Source: Candidatus Aminicenantes bacterium (GTDB lineage Bacteria; Acidobacteriota; Aminicenantia; Aminicenantales; UBA4085). Taken from it: DNA of 64,000 nt. The translations under genes were made by a program, and so were the position numbers. Within the stretch, counting starts at the first letter, position 1. Each line of letters starts with the position of its first letter. Below the pieces are notes generated by a model. The model was not told where the DNA came from. It did not search any database and worked only from the letters and a program-made list of their open reading frames with translations. Shown piece after piece: positions 49,833 to 59,481 of the stretch. The stretch lies in NCBI GenBank assembly GCA_026393895.1, contig JAPKZG010000055.1:101-64100 (forward strand), in the 5' to 3' direction.

Positions 49833-50822
49833 TCACTTTTTCATTTTTTCGATCGCGTCGATCATGCCTTTGACCTTCGGAACTTCGGGGTTATCGGGGT
49901 CGAGGGCGATGAACTTTTCGAAGTTCTCGATCGACTTGTCGTATTCCCCCTTGTTGAGGTAGACGTAGCCGAGCTTGAGGTAGGGTTTCGGCCAGTCTTT
50001 TTTGATCGAAACGGCCATCTCGAAGAAACGGATGGCTTCGTCGATATTTTGGTTGGAGAACATGATTTCACCGACGTTGTAGGCCGCGGTCGAATCTTCC
50101 GGAGAGACGGCGAGCGCCTCGGTGAAATACTTCCGGCCGGCCTCCAGATCGCCCCGCCGGAAGGCCAGTTCGCCGAGACCGGACAAGGCCCGGACGGAAA
50201 CGATCTTGTCTTTTGCGTATTCCCCGTGAACCCGGAGGACATCCTCCAGGACGCCTTTATACTCGGCTTCGGCGCAGTCCGGGTCTCCTTTTTTAAGGAT
50301 GGCCGCGGCGATATTAACCCGGATGCCGTAGACGTCGGGAGATTTCGCCTGAAATTCCCGGTATAAGACGAGGGCTTCGTCGAATTTTCCCTGCTCCATC
50401 GCCGCGTTTCCCTGATCGATCAGGGGAAGGCCGATCTCGGCATCAATCGACATCAAAGTTTTTTTCATGACCAGGCTGAGCGGGGGATTGGTTTTGAGCT
50501 GGAAGACTTCAATGTCGTTGATGAGATCGTCGTATCCTTCTTTGTGGGCCGAAATGCGCCATACTCCGGTTCCCAGGCCGATGATGGAGAAACGCCCTTT
50601 CTTGTCGGTGACGGCCTCGAGCTTGGCGCTGCCCTGGGAGCTGGAGGCGACGATCCGGACGCCTTCGAGGGGGGTTCCGGCTTCGTCCGTGACCTGGCCG
50701 CCGATCCGTCCGCGTCCGAGGTTTTCCTGAGCGGACAAGGCGACAAAAGAGACGGCCATGACGATACAGGTCAGGATTCCGGCCAGAGCGGCCCGGGTAG
50801 CGTGAACGTTCTTATTGTTCAT
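49833..50822 (-). CDS. Secreted protein with carboxypeptidase-regulatory-like domain and TPR repeats
   Basis: Signal peptide; GQVTDEAGTPLEGVRIVASS CarbopepD_reg-like segment; TPR repeats. Confidence 0.7.
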   Translation of the reverse strand: MNNKNVHATRAALAGILTCIVMAVSFVALSAQENLGRGRIGGQVTDEAGTPLEGVRIVASSSQGSAKLEAVTDKKGRFSIIGLGTGVWRISAHKEGYDDLINDIEVFQLKTNPPLSLVMKKTLMSIDAEIGLPLIDQGNAAMEQGKFDEALVLYREFQAKSPDVYGIRVNIAAAILKKGDPDCAEAEYKGVLEDVLRVHGEYAKDKIVSVRALSGLGELAFRRGDLEAGRKYFTEALAVSPEDSTAAYNVGEIMFSNQNIDEAIRFFEMAVSIKKDWPKPYLKLGYVYLNKGEYDKSIENFEKFIALDPDNPEVPKVKGMIDAIEKMKK

Positions 50823-51306
50823 GATGATCCTCGTTTTCCCACGGTCTTACCCAAGGCGGCCGCCCGCTCTCCGTTATTGGACGGTTCGCCTTCGATGGGC
50901 CAAGGCCCTGTCTCCCAGGGACCTTATCTACGATAACATAAAATCAAAAAAAATAATTACCGTTTTATCCAACGGTTGACGCGGACACGGTCCCGGATTC
51001 ATATTCATTCCGGATACGCTGTGTACGATAACACAAAAAAAGGAAAATAAACGCCGTTTTCATCTCATCCGGCCGGTTCCGACACTGATGAAAACGCCCG
51101 AAAAATTCCCCGGCGGGGAGGGAAAGGATTGCGCGCTCCGGAGGATCGGATAATGATGTGGGAGCGTCCGAGGGCCGGGAAAGCGCGCTAAACCGCGGCC
51201 GGCCGCGGATCCCGACCGCCGCGGGGCTGTTTTTTCGCCGAACGGAACCGGCCGCCGAGAAAGTCCCGATCGGTATTATCGGAAAAATAGGCGCGAAATA
51301 TTTCTC

Positions 51307-51334
51307 TTGACAAAAGGAATTCCGTGGCTATAGT
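51307..51334 (+). promoter_or_regulatory. Sigma70 promoter TTGACA-N16-TATAGT for the TonB-dependent receptor
   Basis: Hexamers and spacing read from the sequence. Confidence 0.6.
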
Positions 51335-51336
51335 AA

Positions 51337-51354
51337 TGCGTGTACGTACACGCA
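51337..51354 (+). promoter_or_regulatory. 18-bp perfect palindrome TGCGTGTACGTACACGCA overlapping the transcription start (candidate repressor operator)
   Basis: Perfect inverted repeat 3 nt downstream of the -10 hexamer. Confidence 0.5.
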
Positions 51355-51521
51355 AACATGATTAGAGACTTTCGGCTCGATCATTCGGTCGGCGGCCGCC
51401 CGCTCCATCATCCCGCGTCCGTTCATTCTCCAAACAATGGGGAGGTGAGAATCATTCCTCATGGACAAGTGAATTCCCCTCGGCTTTCGGAACGTAAAAA
51501 GAGAAAGGAAAAGGAGGACCT

Positions 51522-54500
51522 ATGAGTTTGAAAAGAAATTTGATAGTCGTCTTTTTGTGCCTGCTGATGGTTCCGTTCCTGGCCGCCCAGGTCACCAGGC
51601 AGAACGGCGTCATCAAGGGCGCGGTCACCGACAGGGATGGCGTCGGTCTGCCCGGCGTGACCGTGTCCGCCAAGAGCCCTGCGATGATTGGCGCGGTTAC
51701 GTCCGTCACCACTGAAGAAGGGTTCTACCGTCTGCTCAACCTGCCTCCGGGGACCTACACGGTCACGGTCCAGCTGAGTGGCTTCAAGACGGTGCATCGC
51801 CCCGACATCAAGGTGGAGACCGGTCAGACCTACACCGTGAACCTGGCCACCGAAATGACCAAGCTGGAAGAAGAGATCACGGTCACCGGCACGCCGCCGG
51901 TGGTCGACCTGCAGTCCAACAAGATCGGCAGCGTCGTTTCCACCGAGTTGCTACGCAACCTGCCTCTCGCCCGAGACGTCGCCAGACTGTTCACCATCAC
52001 TGCCGGTGCCGCCGGCAACATCGCCGCCTACTCCGGCAGCATCCACGGCGCCAACTCCGGCTCCACAGCCTACGAGATCGACGGCGTCAACGGCGAGAGC
52101 CCCACCACCGGCGGCATGCAGATCGGTCCGCAGTATGAAAGCGTGGAGGAGATCGAGATCTCCACCGGCGGCCTGCCGGCCCAGGTCGGCGCCAACGGCG
52201 GCTCGTTCATCTCGGTGGTCACCAAGGCGGGCGGCAACCAGTTCCACGGCCAGGCCCAGACCTATTACACCGCCAAGGGCCTCAACCAGATGCTGTTCAC
52301 GGACGAAGAGTTCGCCTCCATGCAGAAGTCCAAACCGGGCTTCGCCCAGTATGACGTGGACGCCTCGGCCTCGCTCGGCGGCCCGATCCTCAAGGACAAG
52401 CTCTGGTTCTTCGGCACGCTCGACTTTCGCCAGAACGAGTATTCACTCACCTTCGATCCGGTCATCCTGAATGGCAAGCAGTACGGGGCCTACACCAATC
52501 CCTCCAAAACCTGGGCGCCGTTCCTCAAGCTGACCACCCAGATCAACAAGGACATGCGCCTCTTCGTCATGTTCAACGGCGCCTTCTCCAAGAACATCCA
52601 AGATGCTGGTTACTACAACGCCTTTGACGCCACCACAAGATCTATTTCGAATAGCATGGCGTTGGCCAGCGAACTGAACTGGACACTCGGGGCCAACACC
52701 ATTGTCGCCATCCACGGCTCCTACAACAACCTCGACTGGAACCTCGTCTCCCAGCCGGAATCGCGGAACAACATCGGCTACGTTGATTGGTACACCGGCT
52801 ACGCGTGGAACGCCAAGAACACCGAAGAACAATACACGATCCGCCGCAGCGACTCCGTATCGGCCCGCTTGACCCACTTCATGGACAACGTGCTGGGCGG
52901 CAACCACGAGATCGGCGCCGGCGTCGAATTCCTTTACTTGTTCGACCGCCTTACCGTCGCGCGCGGCAATCCGCTGACCATGTTCTACTACAACGGCGAC
53001 CCCTATGCCAATCGCGCCCAGGACTTAAACCGCGGCACCCCCGGCGACGGCTATGGCGACGGCCAGATCGCCCTGTCCAACATGGGCCCCAACGAGGGCG
53101 ACTCCACCAAGGACCTGCCCGGCAGCCGCCTGAGCGGCTACCTGCAGGATTCCTTCACCATACTGAAAAACCGCCTGACCATCAACCTCGGTCTCCGCTT
53201 CGACTGGTACCGGGGCTGGTTCGGCGGCGGCAGCTCCACCGGCACCGACCCGAGTGGCCTGGCCTACAAGGTGGGCGCGGCGATGGCCGAACACCTCGGC
53301 TACAACCCCTACGCGGCGAATACGTGGGATCCCATAAAAAATACCATGGACGCCAAGACCATCTCCCCGCGCCTCGGCGTCAGCTATGACCTCTTTGGCG
53401 ACGGCAAAACCGCGCTCAAGGTCTCCTGGGGCCGTTACTTCGAAGCCATGCCGGTCATGTGGTTCTGCGCCGCGCAGTCCAACATCCAGGCGAACTACAA
53501 CTACAACTGGTGGGACAACAACGGCAACGGCGTCGCCGACGACCCGGGCATCGACACCTATTACCCGACCACCGACTGGGGGGAGTTCACCCCCGAAGAT
53601 GTGAATCTCCTGCGCCTGCAGGTCGCCGGCAAGGGCGATCCATACCAGCTGAAGCCCCCGTACAACAGCGAGCTCGTCATCTCCCTCTCCCACGAGTTGG
53701 CCCAGAACTTCTCGGTCAGGCTGCAGTATGTCAACAATGTGGGCCGCAGAGACCACTGGGATTCGTGGTGGGACCCTGACACCGGGAAGTACTTGACTTC
53801 GCTGCAGGACGCGCCCGCCGGCTTCTGGGTGCCTTTCACCACTACCGTGCCCGCGGTCGGCGACTGGCCGGAAAGGACAGTCACCATCTACTACTTAACG
53901 AATAATCTCCCGGAACACATGGTCTGGTGGCGGCAGGCAAGCAACCCCTATTCCAAGCGCCAGTACAACGGCATCGAGTTGGCTTTCGACAAGCGCTACG
54001 CCAACGGTTGGGCCTTGGGCGGCTCCATCAACTACTCGAGTTCGAAGAGCATCACCCCCTACGACCCGAACTACGCCGTCAACGGCTGGGGCGCCGACAT
54101 CAACGACATTCCGCTGGCCGTCAAGGTCTACGGCACGTTCAAGATGCCGCTGGAGTTTGTCGGCTCCTTCATCTATCGCCACGATGAGGGCGGCCCGCTC
54201 AATTACGGCGGTAACTTCTGGGATAAAACCATGGACGTGGCCATCGTCGCCCCGGACTCGTGGCTCGTGGCCCACAATTGCGCAACCTGGTATAACGGAA
54301 TAGGCGTCATGTTGGAACCCAACGGCACGCACCGCCGGGCTTCCTGGGACAACGTCGACTTCCGCCTGGAGAAGGAGTTCAGGTTCGGCTTCGGCACGGT
54401 CTCCGTCTTCGCCGATGTCTTCAACCTGCTGGGCAATAAATACGTGAACGTCGGCCTGAACCCGGGCGGCGTCTGGTATCCGGCTGACGAGAACACCTCC

Positions 54501-54593
54501 TCCGGAACCCGTGTTCCCTCCTACTCTTACAACAAGATTATGTCCGTGACGGGCCTCCGGTCCTTCCGGCTATCGACCCGCATAACTTTCTGA
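51522..54593 (+). CDS. TonB-dependent receptor with N-terminal carboxypeptidase-regulatory-like domain
   Basis: Signal peptide, CarbopepD_reg domain, plug domain, long beta-barrel, C-terminal ...RLSTRITF. AAAGGAGG SD. Confidence 0.9.
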   Translation: MSLKRNLIVVFLCLLMVPFLAAQVTRQNGVIKGAVTDRDGVGLPGVTVSAKSPAMIGAVTSVTTEEGFYRLLNLPPGTYTVTVQLSGFKTVHRPDIKVETGQTYTVNLATEMTKLEEEITVTGTPPVVDLQSNKIGSVVSTELLRNLPLARDVARLFTITAGAAGNIAAYSGSIHGANSGSTAYEIDGVNGESPTTGGMQIGPQYESVEEIEISTGGLPAQVGANGGSFISVVTKAGGNQFHGQAQTYYTAKGLNQMLFTDEEFASMQKSKPGFAQYDVDASASLGGPILKDKLWFFGTLDFRQNEYSLTFDPVILNGKQYGAYTNPSKTWAPFLKLTTQINKDMRLFVMFNGAFSKNIQDAGYYNAFDATTRSISNSMALASELNWTLGANTIVAIHGSYNNLDWNLVSQPESRNNIGYVDWYTGYAWNAKNTEEQYTIRRSDSVSARLTHFMDNVLGGNHEIGAGVEFLYLFDRLTVARGNPLTMFYYNGDPYANRAQDLNRGTPGDGYGDGQIALSNMGPNEGDSTKDLPGSRLSGYLQDSFTILKNRLTINLGLRFDWYRGWFGGGSSTGTDPSGLAYKVGAAMAEHLGYNPYAANTWDPIKNTMDAKTISPRLGVSYDLFGDGKTALKVSWGRYFEAMPVMWFCAAQSNIQANYNYNWWDNNGNGVADDPGIDTYYPTTDWGEFTPEDVNLLRLQVAGKGDPYQLKPPYNSELVISLSHELAQNFSVRLQYVNNVGRRDHWDSWWDPDTGKYLTSLQDAPAGFWVPFTTTVPAVGDWPERTVTIYYLTNNLPEHMVWWRQASNPYSKRQYNGIELAFDKRYANGWALGGSINYSSSKSITPYDPNYAVNGWGADINDIPLAVKVYGTFKMPLEFVGSFIYRHDEGGPLNYGGNFWDKTMDVAIVAPDSWLVAHNCATWYNGIGVMLEPNGTHRRASWDNVDFRLEKEFRFGFGTVSVFADVFNLLGNKYVNVGLNPGGVWYPADENTSSGTRVPSYSYNKIMSVTGLRSFRLSTRITF

Positions 54594-54606
54594 TCTAGTT
54601 TCATCG

Positions 54607-54640
54607 AAGGGGAGGGGCCAGGCCCCTCCCCTTTTTTTTC
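54607..54640 (+). terminator. Rho-independent terminator after the TonB-dependent receptor
   Basis: GGGGAGGGGCC-A-GGCCCCTCCCC followed by T9. Confidence 0.85.
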
Positions 54641-54868
54641 ACCCGTTTGACGCATATCCCCCAAAATCCACCACACTATTCGTTATAGAGCCCGTTATCT
54701 TACAGAAGTCGCGACGGGAGAGCTTTTGCCCGGCCGCTACGCCCTCGAGTTTGAGGCCCCGGGATCCGGGAACCGGCGGGAAGGCCGTCTCCTCCGCCGA
54801 ATTTACGATGAAATAAGGGGACCGGCTGCGCGGCCGTCGTCTCGGCCATAACGAGAACGGAGAAAGGA

Positions 54869-56557
54869 TTACGTCTCGATCTCCCGATAGCGCCGGGCGG
54901 CGATCTTCAACAGAAACGCGAAGCTTAATCCGGCCAGGACGAACAGAAAAAGGGCGAGGCCGCTGATGACCAGTTCCCCGCGGATTCCCCGCTTAAGAAG
55001 GGCGGTCACCGCGATCGTCAAACCGACCAGGATCCCGGCGGCGGCGAAAAACGCGATCAGGACGTTTAAATTTTGTTTGATGGCTTTTTGAGGATTCGTC
55101 CATTTCAAAAGCGGTCGAAGCAAGTCGATGATCATTCCGAGGGCCGTCAGGGCGGCCGCCGCGGCCATGGCGATCGGCAGGGAGATTAGGACTAAAACGA
55201 TGTCCGCCTGAATCGCGGCGACCGCGACGACGGCCGCGGCCAGAATTCCCAGGAAGGCGACGGCGAAGGAGTGGAGAAACTTGGCCTTGACCTGATCGGC
55301 CGGGGGAGTCGGGATGACCTTGGACATCCAGAACTGGGCGCCTTCCCGGGAAAAGGCCGAGGAGGCCGTGCCGTTCAGGCAGCCGCAGATTGTCATGAAC
55401 AGGGCCGAGCCGAGGATCACCGCGGCGGAGTTCGACGACGCGAGAAGAAGGATGATCCGGTAGGAGTCGCTCCCCGATTTCCCGCCGCCGGCCTTGGCGA
55501 ACAAAATGAAGATGATCGGAATCAGGATGACGGAGAGAACGCCGTTGAGGAGAAAAATCGGGGTCCGGTTCATGATCCGCAGTTCACGGAGAAAGATCGC
55601 CCGGATGGGCCTGTGCCCGGAGGAGATATGGGCGGACAATCGCTCCCGGGACAGGCGCCGTCTTCGGGCGGCGACTTCGCCGAGACCGATAAGTCCCCGG
55701 TAGAAAAATGCCCGGGCCGCGAAAAAGAGCGCCCCGAACAACAGGGCGGACACTCCGGCGAACAGCAGGAAATGAACAAATTCCGAACCGGCCGTCTCCG
55801 GCGCGAGCGCCCGGGTCGCCCAGATGCTCGGGGGGAACTTGGCCCCGATTTTCTGGACGAAACCGCCCTCGTTGAAAAATTGGATGAGAACCTGCCGGCC
55901 GGGACCCGCGTCCGGCATCCGGCGCAACCAGAACTGCAGGCCGAGCGCCCCCGTCATTAGGACGAGGCTTCCGATGATGATCAAGGCGTCTTTTTTTCGG
56001 CTGAAATTGACGAAGCGCATCATCCCGACGACGAGGAGGGAAACGATGGCCAGGGGAATGACCGGGAGGAGAAGATAGACGAAGACCGCCGTGACCCAAT
56101 ACCTGAATCCGGCCCGGGAATGGATCCCGTAGGCGATCAGCATGGGGACGACGATCGGCGAGGCTGTCAGGTATTCGTTGACGACGACGACCGTGAATTT
56201 CGAAAGAAGAACCTGGACCGGGGTGACAGGCAGGGGAATGAGAAGGTCCAGGTCGCGGGAAAAATAAAAGGCCGAGAGGACGTAATAGAAGCCGAAAACG
56301 AGAATCAGAAACTGGCCCATCAGGATCGCAAACGTGAGAAGCGCGGCCTGTTGCCCGAGGGGGGCCAGGAGGCGGTACATGAAGCGGATGCCCTTGAGGT
56401 AATAGAGAAGAACGGGGAACAGGCCTGCTATACCTATCAAAATCAATGGGATAAGCCAGATGTCGCGTTTGTTTTCGAGCAAGTGTTTTGGCCGGAAAAG
56501 GGAAAGGCCGAAATTGACCCGGAGGCCGACGCGGACGAGACGGAAAAATTTGGTCAT
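54869..56557 (-). CDS. ABC-2-type exporter permease (large polytopic membrane protein)
   Basis: Starts at the internal Met (MTKFFRL); about 12 TM helices. Its start overlaps the ATPase stop (ATGA). Confidence 0.7.
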   Translation of the reverse strand: MTKFFRLVRVGLRVNFGLSLFRPKHLLENKRDIWLIPLILIGIAGLFPVLLYYLKGIRFMYRLLAPLGQQAALLTFAILMGQFLILVFGFYYVLSAFYFSRDLDLLIPLPVTPVQVLLSKFTVVVVNEYLTASPIVVPMLIAYGIHSRAGFRYWVTAVFVYLLLPVIPLAIVSLLVVGMMRFVNFSRKKDALIIIGSLVLMTGALGLQFWLRRMPDAGPGRQVLIQFFNEGGFVQKIGAKFPPSIWATRALAPETAGSEFVHFLLFAGVSALLFGALFFAARAFFYRGLIGLGEVAARRRRLSRERLSAHISSGHRPIRAIFLRELRIMNRTPIFLLNGVLSVILIPIIFILFAKAGGGKSGSDSYRIILLLASSNSAAVILGSALFMTICGCLNGTASSAFSREGAQFWMSKVIPTPPADQVKAKFLHSFAVAFLGILAAAVVAVAAIQADIVLVLISLPIAMAAAAALTALGMIIDLLRPLLKWTNPQKAIKQNLNVLIAFFAAAGILVGLTIAVTALLKRGIRGELVISGLALFLFVLAGLSFAFLLKIAARRYREIET

Positions 56558-57279
56558 CGTTCGGTGAGTTCCAGGAAGATTTTTTCCAGAGACTGGTCCT
56601 CCCGGTCGCGGGCCCGCAGTTCCTCCAGGGTTCCGTGGGCGATGAGCCTCCCGTTGTGGATGATGCCGATGCGGTCGCAGAGTTTCTCGGCGACCTCCAT
56701 GATGTGGGTTGAGAAAAAGAGGGTCCCGCCGCCGTCGCAATGGGTCCGCATCATCTCCTTCATGTGATGGGCGGAACGGGGGTCCAGGCCGACCATCGGT
56801 TCGTCCAGGACCATTACCCGCGGGGCGGGAAGCAGGGCGGCGATCAGGACGATCTTTTGTTTCATGCCGTGGGAGTAGCTTTGAATCGGGCTTGAGACCG
56901 CTCCGGCCAATTCGAAAATGTCCAGCCATTTTTCTATGCGCCGGAGACGATCGGCTTTCGGCACGCCGTAGACGTCGCCGATGAAGTTCAAATACTCCAG
57001 CCCGGTGAGCCGCTCGTAGATCGCCGGCGTATCGGGAACGTAGGTCGTCACCGCCTTGGCGGCGACGGGTTCCTTTTGGTTGTCGATCCCGTCGACGCGG
57101 ATCGTCCCCGCGTCGGGCCGGAGCAGGCCGACGATCAGTTTGATCGTCGTCGTCTTGCCCGCTCCGTTGGGCCCGAGGAACCCGAAGATCTCGCCCGGCC
57201 GGACGGTCAAGGTGAGGGCGTCGACGGCTTTCACCCGGCCGTTGTTGTAGCTTTTGGAAACATCATTCAGTTCGATCAT
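56554..57279 (-). CDS. ABC transporter ATP-binding protein
   Basis: Walker A GPNGAGKTT, signature YSHGMKQK, Walker B VMVLDEP. Confidence 0.9.
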   Translation of the reverse strand: MIELNDVSKSYNNGRVKAVDALTLTVRPGEIFGFLGPNGAGKTTTIKLIVGLLRPDAGTIRVDGIDNQKEPVAAKAVTTYVPDTPAIYERLTGLEYLNFIGDVYGVPKADRLRRIEKWLDIFELAGAVSSPIQSYSHGMKQKIVLIAALLPAPRVMVLDEPMVGLDPRSAHHMKEMMRTHCDGGGTLFFSTHIMEVAEKLCDRIGIIHNGRLIAHGTLEELRARDREDQSLEKIFLELTER

Positions 57280-57471
57280 TCGGATGTCCTCCCGGACCCT
57301 ATCTTATGGGAATCGGGAGGAAAAATAAAACTCCGTTACGGAATTTCCTCCGAAGGCTGCCGACTCCCCCTCCTCAATCTTGGGTGGAAATCGAGGATGT
57401 TTTTGGAGAAGACTCAACAGACTTCTTCGGTCGGAAAGCCCTCCTGGAAGGGAAAAGAATCGCGCTCCGCT

Positions 57472-58038
57472 TCAATAGATAAAAGCGGACAACCCCAGGG
57501 AAACGGAGAACGTTCCTCCGCTTTCCGCCTTATCCCAGAGTTCGTACTTGTAAGATTCAATGGAATACCCCAATTCCGCGAGCAAGGCCAAATTACGTTT
57601 CACCATGAAAGCCACTCCGCCGCCTAATTTGAATATTAAGGCGGTGGTCGAATACCTGCTCCAGGACGCCGAATGGCTGCCGAAGGCAACGCCGACTCCG
57701 ACGTAAGGATATATGCTGGGACTATTCACGTCAAACATGTAGGCGACGGCAGGCCCGAGGCCGAACGTCGTTTCGGTGTCATTTCCATCGGAATCGGTTT
57801 GCAAAAGAAGGTCCAGGCCTACGGCCAGACCGTCGATTACGAAATAGCGGGCGCTCGGCATCAGGCTGAAACTGCTGATGGCCTCATCCCCGTAGAATTC
57901 CCCACTCGAACTGGAGAAGCTCACCGCGCCGGCCACGTTGAAACTGCCCTTGTCGATCGGCCTTTTTTTCGCCTGGGCGAAAGACATGCTACCGACCAGC
58001 AAAATCGTCAGACACAGCACCATCGTTTTTTTCCTCAT
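57472..58038 (-). CDS. Outer-membrane beta-barrel protein (OmpW/OmpA-TM-like)
   Basis: Signal peptide MRKKTMVLCLTILLVGSMSFAQA with an AAGGAGG SD; alternating strands; C-terminal ...SAFIY. Confidence 0.7.
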   Translation of the reverse strand: MRKKTMVLCLTILLVGSMSFAQAKKRPIDKGSFNVAGAVSFSSSSGEFYGDEAISSFSLMPSARYFVIDGLAVGLDLLLQTDSDGNDTETTFGLGPAVAYMFDVNSPSIYPYVGVGVAFGSHSASWSRYSTTALIFKLGGGVAFMVKRNLALLAELGYSIESYKYELWDKAESGGTFSVSLGLSAFIY

Positions 58039-58296
58039 TCGCTTCCTCCTTGATGAATGATTCGTTTCTTTGGACGAAGAAACCACCGCAAAAAAAAAAT
58101 TGACAGAAAAATATTTTTCCATCTATAAAGGATTTTTGTGCGTGAATATTTTTTTGTCAAGAAATATTTTGCTTCATCGGCAAAACCGGATAGCACGCAG
58201 GTGAGGACGCCGGGCGGTGCGTTTTCGTTAACGCATGGTCTTTTTAATTCCCAAATCATCCTAATATACTAAAAATACGTAAAATAAATAAAATTA

Positions 58297-58325
58297 TTGA
58301 CATAAGCCGGGGATATGAATATAAA
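58297..58325 (+). promoter_or_regulatory. Sigma70 promoter TTGACA-N17-TATAAA, with the TSS ~1-2 nt before the LacI-family ATG (leaderless)
   Basis: Lies within a ~290-bp AT-rich island. Confidence 0.5.
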
Positions 58326-58333
58326 ACTGCGTA

Positions 58334-59401
58334 ATGTCCACAATCAAAGAGATTGCCCGCCGGGCGAATGTTTCGATCGGAACCATCGACCGGGTCATTC
58401 ACGGCCGCGGCCGGGTTTCCGCCAAGACCGAGGAAAGCGTCCGCCGGATCATCGAGGAAATCGGCTACAAGCCGAACATTTTCGCCAAACACCTTCGCCT
58501 CGGGCGAGTGTTCGTGTTCGGGGTGGTCATGCCCAAACCGGCCCAGGACGGCCTGTACTGGGCCCTGCCCACGGCCGGCGTCGTCCGGGCCGGCCGCGAG
58601 CTGAAGACGCAGAGGGTCGAGATTCGGTTTTTTTATTACGACAAGTACTCGGTGTCTTCGGTGGCCCGGGTCCGGAACGACGTGATGCAGGCCGGCCTCG
58701 ACGGTCTTCTGATCGCCCCGGTTCTGTCGCGGATATTCGAGGACTTTTTAGCCGGCCTTCCTCCGGCCCTGCCCTACGTATTGTTTGATTCGTTCATCCC
58801 CAAGGCCGACTATGTCTCCTATATCGGCCAGGACGCCTTCCAATCCGGAATACTTTCCGCCCGTCTGATGCATCTCCTCGTGCCGCAGCCGGGAACCCTG
58901 GCCGTTCTCCGGGTCCTGCCGGAGGATTACCATATCGACGATCGCGTCCGCGGATTCGTTTCTTATTGCCGTCAATCCGGTTGCGGACATAACGTCGAGG
59001 TGTTTGAAATCAACACCCATTGGGGGGCCGAGGCCCGCAACCGGGTTTTTTCCCGGATTGTCGGCCGGGAGGGACTCCGGGGCGTTTTCGTCACGAACGC
59101 CAGTACGCATCAGATCGCCGAATTTCTTCGGAAGCGAAACACCGAGCGTCGCGTTCACGTGATCGGCTATGACCTGGTGGATGAAAACGTCCGTCTCCTG
59201 CGGGAGGGGGCGATTGATTTTCTCATCAGCCAGAGACCGGAACGTCAGGGTTTCCTGGGAATTCAAGCCCTGTTCCGCCGCGTCGTCCTCAACGAAGCGG
59301 TCGAGCAAACGATCATGATGCCAATCGACATCATCGCCCGGGAAAACGTCGACTATTTCGAGGTTGAAAACGGGAGTTCGGACTTTCGCCGGAAGAAGTG
59401 A
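58334..59401 (+). CDS. LacI-family transcriptional regulator
   Basis: N-terminal HTH IKEIARRANVSIGTIDRVIHG plus a periplasmic-binding-fold domain. Confidence 0.9.
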   Translation: MSTIKEIARRANVSIGTIDRVIHGRGRVSAKTEESVRRIIEEIGYKPNIFAKHLRLGRVFVFGVVMPKPAQDGLYWALPTAGVVRAGRELKTQRVEIRFFYYDKYSVSSVARVRNDVMQAGLDGLLIAPVLSRIFEDFLAGLPPALPYVLFDSFIPKADYVSYIGQDAFQSGILSARLMHLLVPQPGTLAVLRVLPEDYHIDDRVRGFVSYCRQSGCGHNVEVFEINTHWGAEARNRVFSRIVGREGLRGVFVTNASTHQIAEFLRKRNTERRVHVIGYDLVDENVRLLREGAIDFLISQRPERQGFLGIQALFRRVVLNEAVEQTIMMPIDIIARENVDYFEVENGSSDFRRKK

Positions 59402-59481
59402 TTTCCCGATTGCCGGCGGCGGATTCATTTCGGGCAAAAGATCGGATTTTGTAGTAAAATAAGCCCTGAAAGCGAAATTTA

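Noticed and set aside
51340-51525. 61-aa ORF in the TonB-dependent receptor 5' UTR
   Set aside because: No SD, begins inside the palindrome operator, Arg/His-rich; unlikely to be coding.
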